Positions 44,810-58,332 of a stretch of 64,000 bases of DNA are shown here, one piece after another. Within the stretch, counting starts at the first letter, position 1; each line of letters starts with the position of its first letter. Below the pieces are notes generated by a model. That model saw only the letters and a list, made by a program, of their open reading frames with translations, had not been told where the DNA came from and made no database searches. The stretch is from positions 16,802,995-16,866,994 of the forward strand of contig OZ037765.1 in the NCBI GenBank assembly GCA_964035545.1. The letters run 5' to 3'. The DNA comes from Bugula neritina. Its lineage: Eukaryota > Animalia > Bryozoa. Both the position numbers and the translations under genes were made by a program.

Positions 44810-45186
44810 ACACCGGTCGCTTTGTATACAAAGTGGTCGTTTCGTACACAAACTGCTGTCCATTTCAAACACAAAATAAATAATAAATCATTGCTGAAAT
44901 AATATTGGATATTAATGTCTTTGTTTTCATTGCTGAAACAAAAGAATATATTCACCAACTATGTGCTGCCATCTACTGATAACAATATCTAAACCAAAAG
45001 AACCGTTCTCTCCCCCCCCCCCTCCTAACATCTACATATCACAAAAATAAATGAGCATGCAGCAAAATGATATGTGCAAGTTACTTGTGAGCAGTACTGT
45101 ATGACTCGTACATCAAATAATGAATAAATCTAAAAAAATATGTATTTTAGTTAATTTATATTGATGTGTACGAAATGACCTGCACT
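44810..45186. mobile_element. MITE-like element with inverted repeats
   Basis: GGTCGTTTCGTACAC (44835-44849) vs GTGTACGAAATGACC (45166-45180), 14/15 inverted match; related copy at 9.2-9.4 kb. Confidence 0.5.
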
Positions 45187-46272
45187 TGATTATACAAGGT
45201 CTACAGTATGAGTATGGTAAATCTATCAATTAGATAAAAATTAAATTAAGATTAAGTTATTTAAACACTAATATCAACATGGGAAAAGTAAAATTGCAAT
45301 AATTGAATACTAAATAAGTAATATAAATATATATTTAATAGTTGGATATGTATATATGATTAATGTTATGAAAAGAAGTAAATTTAAACATGTATATGAA
45401 TAAAGCTATGTAGTAATATGCTTAAAGTTGCTTAAAATCTCAATCCCTGTAAAAGGGTTTTTTAAGCAGGCTGAGAACTGCGCTTTTCACCATGTTGAAA
45501 AATTTTTAAAAAACTTCTGCATCACCAATGGCCCTGTGGAGATTCAAACTCATGACCTAGCACACGCATATTGGGCTGCACTCTAAATACTCATATATAG
45601 GCCGAAATTTCCTTTTATAAATAATATATTATTGTTTATGTAGTTAATTTACAAGAAATAGTTTGATTAGGAGAATGTTGAACAACAGCTTCATCATTTT
45701 TTATCCTATATTTTCTATGTTAGTACTGATGCATGGAGTTGACAATAACGCAATTTTTCGTACATTAGTTTTGAAAATTAAATGCTCATTGTATTGTTAC
45801 GTAAGTAAATTTAAATGATAGTTTCAAGTCATTTTAGTGATAATTAGTGCATCTCAAGTTTTTTGATTATACAAAAAAGCACTAGGTAAGCAGAAGGCTA
45901 TTAGATTCAGTGGTCAGTTGTTTCTTAAGCTCAATAATTATCATTTTGCAAATAAACATTTGTAAGTTGTAACCTCCTACTTCTTGAAAGTCATGCTGAT
46001 ATTTATATTGAGCTTTCTATAAAGCAGTTGTATGAAGAAATAACATGCCCCCACAAAGTAAGGAAGTATAGGGAGAACATATCACATGTCTAATTAGTAG
46101 TTTGACACAAGTCTATTTAAGTCAAATTTCTCAACAATATCTAAAACTCAAGCTCAGCTGATAAAGGATGAAATAATCGTTTATACTAAGGCCTCCATTA
46201 GTTACTCTATCTTGTATTTTGTATCAATATTGTATTTAAGGCAGGATTCAAAGTACATTTTGGAACTGTAAA

Positions 46273-49200
46273 ATGGCGAGTAGTAACTTTGATTTGACAT
46301 GGTCCTCACAATTACTTGATGACCGTTTGAGCTATGTGGTAAGTTTTTTGTCAACTTTTTATGTAAACGTTCATATATATATATATATATCTTCAGACCG
46401 GTTCAGGGTGTACGTTCAAACAATTTCATTTTATAATTTTGGGCAAACATGTTTTGAATTGGTTTGAGATTTCTAATAACTTACTATTGCCAGCTTTCAA
46501 GACCGAAGTATTTTTAAATCAATAGTAATTATTGCTAACTTTTATTGCATTTTTACCATATAACTGTATTTGTATCTTATAAGCCTCCTCCTCTCTCTCT
46601 CCCTCCCTTCCTCTCACTCTCACTCTCTCTCTCCCTCCCCCTCCCCCTCTCTCTCTCTCCCTCCCTTCCTCTCACTCTCACTCTCCCTCCCCCTCCCCCT
46701 CTCTCTCTCTCCCTCCCTTCCTCTCACTCTCACTCTCTCTCTCCCTCCCCCTCCCCCTCTCTCTCTCTCCCTCCCTTCCTCTCACTCTCTCTCTCCCTCC
46801 CCCTCCCTCTCTCTTCCCTCCATCCTCACTTCCCCTCTTTCTCTCTCTCACTCTCTCGGTTATGAACTGATGACTCGAGGATATTATTCATTTACATGGT
46901 CATTTTATACCTTATAGGGATCCTGGCCAGTTAAGGTTTTCTCAATTCAGTAAGGCTGTCAGATTACTAGTCATATCTAACAAGAAACCATAATAGTCCT
47001 AATCATCGTAATTACTGTCCATATTTTATGTAATTTAAGCAACTGATGGTGAGGTTGTTAGTGTTGCTACTCCATAACAGAGTAGTAATACCAACAACTA
47101 TAGGTGAAAGGAATAAAAAAAACTGAAAGGTATATCATTATTATGCATATCCTGTACTATTGATTAATTTGAGCGGCAGCTCAGTTTAGAATAATGCCAT
47201 TGTTCACTTGGACGAAAAAACAACAAAACAAGAGATACATTAGTTTCTGTGAATAAAATATGTTGGAGTGTTCTGGAAACTTTGCTTGGTTAAACTTGAA
47301 CCGTTGATTAATAACCTAGACACACTTATTCAAATAGCTTAGCTAGCAAAAGTTAGCAAATAAAATGTTAGTAGATGCCCCATTAGCAGCAATATTAAAT
47401 TTTCAAATAAATTTTATGCTGAAATTTAATTAGGTAAAACTTGGCAGTAACAAATACTGTCTTTTTTCTCTAATCGGTTTGGAAAAAGCCAATAATTATC
47501 CAGGGTATTTGAAATGATGAATGCATAATTGACTCTCGTTGTTTTTACTTTTAGCCCAGTGAAACACCAGTTTCTCAAGGGTATGGTGCGGATCCATTTC
47601 CACAGACATCCTACTACCCCAGTCCTGATAACTCTGCTAACTCGCACTCACCACACCTACCCTCTGTCCAGTATCCCACCTACACAAGCATTGCGCAGGC
47701 ACTGCCCAACTTGAGCTCTAATATAGTGCATGAGGTTTGTTTCTCTTAGCTAACTAAACTTTATCTTTTTTTCTTGACTGCCTTTGAGTTTTTCAACTGA
47801 AGCTATAAACAAGTAGTGCCTAGATATGGTTGGTTATGCTTTACTAGAGATTTTTCATGATGGAGATATACTTGGTGTCTATTACTACTATTCATTTCTT
47901 TAACCTTATTGACGAGGTGTTGTGTACTTTAGGTGCTGACAGGTGACATAAACAACTCTTTAGAGAGAATGTCTTTGGAACAGCAGAATTCTATTCTGGA
48001 ACCAAGCTCATTGTATGCCAGTAGTATGAACGGTCTAGGTGGACTCAATGGCATTGATGGTATTAATGGCATTGATGGTCTTAATGGCATCGATGGTCTC
48101 CATGGTATTGATGGTATCAATGGTATTGGTGGCATCAATGGAATCAATGGTCTCAATGGTAGTGTTGGAAGTGGTGCAAGTAGTGGGAGCAATGAAGAGG
48201 AAAGTTATGCAGGCTCTCCTTATTCTAACGTGACTGGTTAGTATCTGCGTGACTGATTAATATATGCCTTATAGATATATTCTTCCTTTTAACGCAATAT
48301 TGTGCAAGATAAATGAAGCTCTTTTTACTTAGACAAATAATGCTACAGCAAGTAGCAACTGTATGGAACATGAGACAAAATAATCAAGCTCTGCTAAGGT
48401 GCCACTCAAATGAAGAGGCTTGTAATGCATATGGTGAGGTAGCAGTGAATAGACCTTGTCTGTTACAGTGGAATGCACTAGAAAGCATATATCCTATAAT
48501 CAATACAGTGCCAGTGCGTGAATAGTTCAGCCATTGCATAATTGATTCAGGGGAAGTTGCATTAATGAAGGGATTTCCCCTCCATAGTTGGCTCTGTTAT
48601 GCTGTATAAAGGCACACAAGTGCACCCATCTTTTGTACATGTTCAACAGTGGAACATAGTATTCATGAACATGATGGAATATTTTGATATTTAATGTGAA
48701 TGCCAAACAAGTGAAGCTTAAGCGTAGGGCCACACCTGGCATATTTTCGCAGGCGAAAATTCGCACAAGTAGCAAAAGGTGTCTACTGTACAAGTTGAGA
48801 ATGCTGAATGACAAGTGCGAATATTTTCTGTCGTCGTTACCTAATTGGATGGTAGTTATTTTCTATTAATTTAGTGCTACATTCCACTAAATTGTGTTTT
48901 ATTGAAATCGAGTGAGATTTAAAAATGAAAATTTTATTTATCTCGCACATGTAGCCATAGAAGCAAGGGGAGCAGTAAAGTTAGACCCAAATATTAAAGT
49001 ATTAGCTAGTAGTTTTTTGCTTTCACTGACAAAACGTAGTGTGTGATAGGTCACTCCCACAGTGTATTTTCTCAAATTCGAATTCGCACAATAACTGTAA
49101 CTATATGTAATTCACTAAAGCCTTACCTATTGGGATATGTAAATGTATTAAACTTTATCTTATCAAATCATAATAAAAAGGCATCATAAATTTGCATTTA

Positions 49201-52200
49201 CATAAAGAAAAGCTATCATGTTTTATAAGCTTCGAGATATGGAGATATGCTACCTGATCGTTCATTTCTGTATGACATGTTCCATACTTTTGGTGTATAC
49301 AGTTTGCTCTTAAATTTTAAACTTTTGAGAAACTGGCTGTGAAAGTGAATGTGAACTCTACCATAACATATGTGTATGTGTGAGTAAGTGTGTATGTGTG
49401 AGTAAGTGTGTATGTGTGAGTAAGTGTATATATGTGAGTAAGTGTGTATATGTGAGTAAGTGTGTATATGTGTGAGTAAGTGTGTATATGTGAGTAAGTG
49501 TGTATATGTGAGTAAGTGTATATGTGTGAGTAAGTGTGTATATGTGAGTAAATATGTATGTGTGAGTAAGTGTATATGTGTGAGTAAATGTGTATGTGTG
49601 AGTAAAAGTGTATGTGTTAGTAAAAGTGTATGTGTTAGTAAGTGTGTATATGTGAGTAAGTGTATATATGTGAGTAAGTGTGTATGTGAGTAAGTGTGTA
49701 TGTGAGCAACTGTATATGGGACTGTGCTTACAGGAGTGTATCGAGCTATTCAACCCGAACAGACACCACATCACATTGAGATTCTAGAACAACCCATGGA
49801 GTTTGGCTACAGGTTCCGCTATGAGGTGGAAGGTAAAGCACATGGTGGCTTGCAGGGTCAGAGTTCTAAAACCGCCACTGGGTCAAGAAGGGGGGCTAAA
49901 ATTTATCCGGAGATTAAGGTGAGTTGGTGCCTAGATATTACTTAGTAAATTTAATTTAGACAGTATCGAAACATTCAGGGTGATTTTCAGAACATATTAT
50001 GCCTTTAAATTCCATAAAAGTTGTCTTCGTTTATTTTACAGTTTCAATTCACCTGTTCATGACTCTATCTTCGTGCTAGAAACGTTATAGAGCTAATACT
50101 GATTATTGCTAACTCTCATAACATGTTATTCTTAGCTTCTGCAATGCACATATCATTCACTAAGATAGTTTAAAAGTTTTAAACACAGGCTATACATACT
50201 GCTAGCTGAGAACAACTAATAAAGTTACCCTGGTACAGATATCAAGATCCTAAGTTACTGTCGATTGAAAGATCTAAAATCAGATAAAACTACCTAGTTT
50301 CAACGTAATTTATGACATCATATATGTAAAAGCTATAATTTATAGTTTGTGAAACAATATTCATTGGTTTCTCATGTATCTATCTCAGGTTGAGGCAGCC
50401 ATTTCAGTTACGTTCAGATGTACAAATGTTAGGCAATTCTAACATCAAATTGTAGTTAATCATTTTAGCAACAGTTTTTCTACTATAACAGCTTCAAGGG
50501 ACTTCCTACTGCTGAATCTACACACCCTGAATAATGTATTGCTCTCTTGTTAGTGAATTGTGTTATACTACCCTGCAGTCATGTTAGATGACCTTATGGA
50601 TTCTCACGAATAGAAATGGTTCACTGTATTCTTGTTGTGTCTCAGGTGTGTAATGTGCCGGGTTCCGTCAGGCAGCTAGATATTGAGGCACGGCTGGTTT
50701 CTGCTAGGGAAGACTTTTATCCTCACCCTAATAAATGCTCTGGCAAGTTTTGTAATCAGAATGGCGTTTACCGAAGAACCTTAAAGCGATCAGAAAGTAC
50801 TGATTTCAACCTTACGTATGTTGCTACATCCATTCAAATGTTTTAGAGTGGTATTTTATGATTGCTTGCAAAATTTAAAAGAATTAATTTTTAAAAATTT
50901 GCTTCAATTGTTAGAGAGGTATGCTGTTTACAACTAAACACAGGATATAAGTTTTTTTTACTGCAATGTTCTACCATTAATCAATTAAAAATGTTTTCAA
51001 TATAGCATGTGTGCTCATAGGTTTGGGAATTTGACCATTCTTCAAATAAAGAAACAGGATCAGAAGGGATCCCTTCTTGGACAACTTCAGGACATAAATA
51101 GTAAATATATACATAAAATGAAGGATTAATCTAAATTTACCAATCTATAAAAAATGCACTATTTATTTTCTGCATGACCTTTTAAGTGTTCTATGAAAAA
51201 ATTATTTGTATGATATATGAATGGTTTACAATTTCTTGACTGTGCATTCAATACCTTTATTAGTAAATAGCAATATTTGATTAACAAGTTTGTGTCTACT
51301 TTTACTTACAACTTTATTAATACAGCATTACAATTTTCATAACTTTAAGACTAAATCTTTCGATAACATATTTTTTCTAGAAAATGTTTCCCTCAAACCC
51401 CGCATGACTCCAGATGAGATTGAGAAGAAGTGTGATGAGTTAACGAAAGTGAAGCACAATGGAGTTGTCAGAATTAGATTTCAAGCCTCATACTTTGATG
51501 AAATGACTCAGCAGTGGAATATAGCTGTTGCACACACTACGCCTGTGCATGATCAAAGTATGTACATGCTGTTCTACCTCTCACTACAATATGTATATAG
51601 TATGTGTAGTATAGTATGTATAGTATAGTATGTATAGTGCAGTATGTATAGTATAATATGTATATAGTGCAGTATGTATAGTATAGTATGTGTAGTATAG
51701 TATGTATAGTGCAGTATGTGTAGTATAGTATGTGTATAATACAGTATGTATAGTATAATATGTATATAGTATGTATAGTATAATATGTATATCGTATGTA
51801 TAGTATAATATGTATATAGTATAGTATGTATAGTATAATATGTATATAGTATGTATAGTATAATATGTATATAGTATGTATAGTATAATATGTATATAGT
51901 ATGTATAGTATAATATGTATATAGTATGTATAGTATAATATGTATATAGTATGTATAGTATAATATGTATATAATATGTATAGTATAATATGTATATAGT
52001 ATGTATAGTATAATATGTATATAGTATGTGTAGTATAATATGTATATAATATGTATAGTATAATATGTATATAGTATGTATAGTATAATATGTATATAGT
52101 ATGTATAGTATAATATGTATATAGTATGTATAGTATAATATGTATATAGTATGTATAGTATAATATGTATATAGTATGTATAGTATAATATGTATATAGT

Positions 52201-55200
52201 ATGTATAGTATAATATGTATATAATATGTATAGTATAATATGTATATAGTATGTATAGTATAATATGTATATAGTATGTATAGTATAATATGTATATAGT
52301 ATGTATAGTATAATATGTATATAGTATGTATAGTATAATATGTATATAGTATGTATAGTATAATATGTATATAGTATGTATAGTATAATATGTATATAGT
52401 ATTTATAGTATAATATGTATATATTATTTATAGTATAGTATGTATAGTACAGTATGTATAGTATAATATGTATATATTATAGTATATATGGCATAGGGTA
52501 TATAAGCAACACAATAACGATGGTGCTGTTAGCATGTGTCCGGTTGTAGAACAAACAAGTGCTGCCGAACTTCGCATATGCAGAGTGTCGTCTGCTGCAG
52601 CACCAGTCACTGGAGGCACTCAGGAAATCTTTCTTCTCTGTGAGAAAGTTACAAAGGGTGAGCTAACCTTCCTCATACTAGTAATAGAATATAATACTAC
52701 AGTGGTTATGTAGACTGTACACCTACTGTTCCACCATAATATAAATAGCTTGATTTGTTGATAATAAAGATAAAATGTTTGTAGATGATATAAAGGTGAA
52801 ATTCAAGCATGGTGAATGGGAAGCAGATGGTAAATTTCAAGGAGCAGATGTTCATTTTCAGGTTGGTTTCGTGATTGTGTTCTAGGTTATTCCTTTCACC
52901 TACACTCTGTTCTCTATAGTATTACTTAGTAATTTATCTTTTGACATAATGATAAAAGTCTTTTTTGTGTGTAGTTCGCTATCGTGCTCATAGCACCTCC
53001 CTACAAAGATCTGCATATTCAGAAGGAAGTAACTGTAGATCTCAAGCTCTTCAGGCCGTCTACAGGCACCTATAGCAAGCCCCTCCCTTTCACCTACTAC
53101 CCTACTCCATCAGGTAATGCTTGCTCTACTTGCCCCACCTAGTAACTTGCTGTACTTGTGTGCTGCTTATCTGGTGTGTAGTATATAGTGTGTGCTATTT
53201 TCATCATTGATGGATATGAAAATAACACTCACAGAAAAGTATCATTAATATAATAGTGTGTTTACAGTTTGCCTTATGTGTAGATAACTCTGAATTATAA
53301 AGCATTCATGTCGGTGATAACCAAATAATGCGCTTTCACCTGTAAGTTATAAATTAGAATAAATTAGAATTAGATCCTGTAAGTTGTAATGATGGTAGGA
53401 TAAAATTTTCACATGAATATTGCATAAATAAAATTATGATTCATGGAAATTATTTGTGAAATATAAACTGGCGCAAGCCACTCTCTCACATGTGTATATT
53501 TCTGATGCTACAGTGGATGAGGGGCCAAGGAAGAGAAAACGAACTGATGGATATGGTCCTTCAGATTTACCTGGTTACCCGCCTTATCCGCCATTCGGAG
53601 GGCCCCCTTTCAGCGATGGACCTTCAAGTAAGTGTTAATATATACATTGCTCTAGTATGCATGGTGTGTTTTTGGTCAGTAGGTTGTTTTGTATTTGATG
53701 TTATGAGCAGAGGCCTCATAAAATCTCCTGGAAAAGTTGTTGCCTTGTTGAATGGAGTTTCATGTTTACTGCTATAACTTAAACTGAGCAAGCAACCTGT
53801 CAAACCATTGTACCAGAATCTGTTGATAAACTATCATTAAAGGCCAGCAGGATAGACTAACAATAATATATTTGCTTGAGTTTGTCATCAGTTTATGTTC
53901 ACAGTTACAATAAGCCATAATTGTGACATAATGATATAAGGCTTAACCCAGAAAGCTAAATTTTAGAAGTTTTTTAACCAGGAAAATCAGACATGCTTAA
54001 TGTGCAGGCGGGTAGAAAGCTGAATATATCTTATGTACTCTTCAATGTTAAAATGGCTTCTCAACTGGGTTGAGCATGATTATGATATTGTGGTGGTAGA
54101 CTAAAAGTTTGTGACTATATTTATGTGTAGTAGAACTTATATGTTCAGACCAGGGTTGGGGTCAATTGCATATGAATGTAATTAATTACAATTTCAATTA
54201 CATGAGAATTTGTCAATTATAATTACAATTACAGTTGAAATAAATGTAATTAATTACAATTACAATTACACACAATGTAATTAATTACAATTACAATTAC
54301 TTTTGTTTTCACAAGAGACAAATAGAAGTTATATAATCCCACTTCTGGGATCCAACTATCTGGGGCAATTTTGACAACTGAAACCTTCTTTGTTCTCAAC
54401 AGTAACGAATACCGTGATAAATACGACATTAAATTAATTTGAACTTTTTTTAAGAGTAGGCAAGGCAGGAAACATATGAATTTTACAAAATTTAAAAATT
54501 TGAAGTAATTATGTAATTATACAGTAATTGTAAAATTCAATTACATTAGCAATGTAATTAATTACAATTACATTTTTATATATCAATTACAAATTACATT
54601 CAATTACTCGAAAAAATGTAATTAATTACAACCAATTACAATTATCCCAACTCTAGTTCAGACCTGGTTATTATCTTTATGGTGTACTTTAAAGTAGGAT
54701 AGAAATTGCCAACCTCAATGAAATTATTATTCTGTAAAAGCACTACATTTTTGCTTATCATTATGGATGTTATTACAACTGGGAGTATGTCTTTTAGATG
54801 GTGGTGGTGGTGGTGGCCAGGGTGAACATGGAGGCTCTTCATACAGCCCATATGGAGGGTATCAGTACTCTAGGACTGTCCCTGGTATGTTTTATACTTA
54901 ATTTCTAGAAAGTTTCTTGGTAGTATATAGATACTCTATTGCTAGTATATAGACAGTCTATTGCTAGTATATAGATAGTCTATTGGTGGTATATAGATAG
55001 TCTACTGGTAGTATATAGACAGTCTATTGCTAGTATATAGACGGTCTATTGCTAGTATATAGATAGTCTATTGATGGTATAGAGATAGTCTATTGATGGT
55101 ATATAGACACTCTATTGTTAGTATATAGACAGTCTATTGGTAGTATATAGATAGTCTATTGATGGTATATAGACACTCTATTGTTAGTATATAGACAGTC

Positions 55201-57037
55201 TATTGGTAGTATATAGATAGTCTATTGATGGTATATAGACGGTCTATTGCTAGTATATAGATAGTCTATTGATGGTATATAGATAGTCTACTGGTAGTAT
55301 ATAGACAGTCTATTGCTAGTATATAGACGGTCTATTGCTAGTATATAGATAGTCTATTGATGGTATATAGACACTCTATTGTTAGTATATAGACAGTCTA
55401 TTGGTAGTATATAGATAGTCTATTGATGGTATATAGACAGCCTATTGGTAATATATATAATTGACTTTCCCTCTATCAAGTTGTCATGACAGTCTGTGAA
55501 AACCTTTATAGAAAATCAATGAGTTGTTTATTATATCCTATAGTTTGCTCAGCTCCAGGTCAGAAAGTGAACACTAACTCTCTAGGCACACTTTGCCATA
55601 ACGTCAACGGTACCGGCAAATGGCAGCCATTTTTTGAAAAGGCCGAGCTGACCGTAAAGTTGCGTTTATACCTCTGCTGAAAAAAGTACCGAGTTTAAAT
55701 TAATAATGCTTGTCCGGGTACCCCTTTATAGTCAAACTGAAACTCGTTGAAATCATATTGATGTGGTTGCTCACTTTCTGAAATTGAAATTTGACTCGCA
55801 TAATAGCTATTTGATGCCCTTTGTAAACGTCGTGAATTAGTGAAGCGAACAGCATAAAAGCGATAATTGAGAAGGCGTAGGCTATATAATTATAACCGTA
55901 TAAGTATGTTGTCTAATCGCCAAAGTAATAACTAAATAACGATGTTTACAAGGAGTTATTACTTCTAATCTAAAATTTGCCGATTAAGTTTTCACAGTAC
56001 AAAAATTTTTACGAGTGGCTTTTACAATGCAATGCAACTTGGTGAAATTTCAACCCGGCCAAATTGAAATTCTGACCGAAAATCGTGAAGGTATAAAGGC
56101 AACTTCAGACATTACGGTAGGCCGAGGTTCAAATACTGCTTGATTCAAAAAGTAACATCAGGCTCCTATTTCACAAGGAGACATCTACGTCAACTCGTTG
56201 GATATAAATGTCTAGTGAAGTATCATAGACGTTATCCAATAGCGGGCTTTGAGAAATTCAGCTTGGACGCCAAACTGGCCAACATTTGACAGTACCGTCA
56301 ACGTTACGGCAAAGTGTGAATCCGGTCTAATATTTTTACTAAAAAGAAACCCATGTCACTTGCATCTGTTTACTGTGGCAGCGTCCATGTTACAAGAAAA
56401 AACTTTTTTTGCATTTGCATTTAAGTTCAGAGTGTTTGTAGTTATTTAGTTGTGCTGCAGAGTCTGAATAATTTGTGGTGAATCTATTGAAATAAACCAG
56501 TCAAACTTTAATGGCAAGATGTTGCAAAATCACACATACTTTTGAAATAGATCTTTTGATATAGCAGCACTCACTTGAATTGCTTGGACTCGGTGAAGTG
56601 TGCCTTATCCTAATGACAAATTACCGAAGTTTTACTTAGAACTTAGTTATGCTCAACCTTCCTGGTCTGCTTTATTTCCGCAGTTAGAATGAAATTTATA
56701 GCCTTCGGTGTTTGTACTACTGCAACTTCTGAAATATTTTGTTAATATTTTAAAATTCCATGAGTTTCTTATAAAACAAGCTTGCTTGAGTATACAACAT
56801 TCAAACAGTCTGTAGATGACAGCTTAGTATATATGAATATTTTAATACTATATAAGTAAATAAATGAAGTGCGCCAGGGATTCCTTAATGTCTTCTTTGC
56901 TTGTGTCCAAGTTGATGTAGTTCGCATTTAGGCTGCATTTGCTTTGCTCTTGTCTCCATAAATTCTTCTTTGAGCTCAATTTTCACTCTTAATTTCTTCC
57001 TCCAGTCCAAGGTTGTCGCTTCATCACCATTTCCTCT

Positions 57038-57072
<35 letters not shown>

Positions 57073-57139
57073 GTACTACTACTAGTAGTAGTAGTAGTAC
57101 TACTACTACTGCTGCTACTACTACTACTACTACTACTAG

Positions 57140-57189
<50 letters not shown>

Positions 57190-57190
57190 G

Positions 57191-57252
<62 letters not shown>

Positions 57253-57253
57253 G

Positions 57254-57306
<53 letters not shown>

Positions 57307-57694
57307 GTACTGCTACTACTACTACTACTACTACTGCTACTGCTGCTGCTGCTGCTACTGCTACTACTACTACTACTACCGCTACTACCGCTACTACCAC
57401 TGCTACCGCTGCTGCCGCTGCTGCTGCTGCTACTGCTACTGCTACTACTACTGCTACCGCTACCACTACCACTACTACTACTGCTAGTGCTACTACTACT
57501 ACTACTACTACTACTACTGCTACTACTACTGCTACTACTACTGCTACCGCTACCACTACCACTGCTACTGCTACTGCTACTGCTACTACTACTGCTACTG
57601 CTACCGCTACCACTACTACTACTACTACTACTACTGCTAGTGCTACTAATACTACTACTACTGCTACTAGTGCTACTAGTTCTGCTACTACTGT

Positions 57695-57734
<40 letters not shown>

Positions 57735-57855
57735 GCTACTGCTAGTGCTACTAATACTACTACTACTGCTACTAGTGCTACTAGTTCTGCTACTACTGCT
57801 ACTACTGCTACTACCACTGCTACTACTACTACTGCTACTACTACTACTGCTACTA

Positions 57856-57917
<62 letters not shown>

Positions 57918-58038
57918 GCTAGTGCTACTAATACTACTACTACTGCTACTAGTGCTACTAGTTCTGCTACTACTGCTACTACTACTGCTACTACCACTGC
58001 TACTACTACTACTGCTACTACTACTACTACTGCTACTA

Positions 58039-58076
<38 letters not shown>

Positions 58077-58278
58077 GCTACTACTACTGCTACTACTACT
58101 ACTACTGCTACTACTACTACTACTGCTACTAGTGCTACTAGTTCTACTACTACTACTACAGCTACTGCTAGTGCTACTACTGCTACTACCACTGCTACTA
58201 CTACTACTACTGCTACTACTACCACTGCTACTACTACTACTGCTACTACTACTACTACTGCTACTACTACTGCTACTG

Positions 58279-58332
<54 letters not shown>

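Noticed and set aside
48740-49100. CpG-containing TTCGCA motifs suggesting a DNA transposon remnant
   Set aside because: No clear termini or TSD could be defined by eye.
46545-49774. Pro/Leu/Ser ORFs at 46.5-46.9 kb and His/Thr or Cys/Val ORFs at 49.4-49.8 kb
   Set aside because: Translations of intronic tandem repeats.
51590-55450. Regular 22-25 bp repeats resembling a CRISPR array
   Set aside because: Head-to-tail with no unique spacers, intronic in a eukaryotic gene, and no cas genes.
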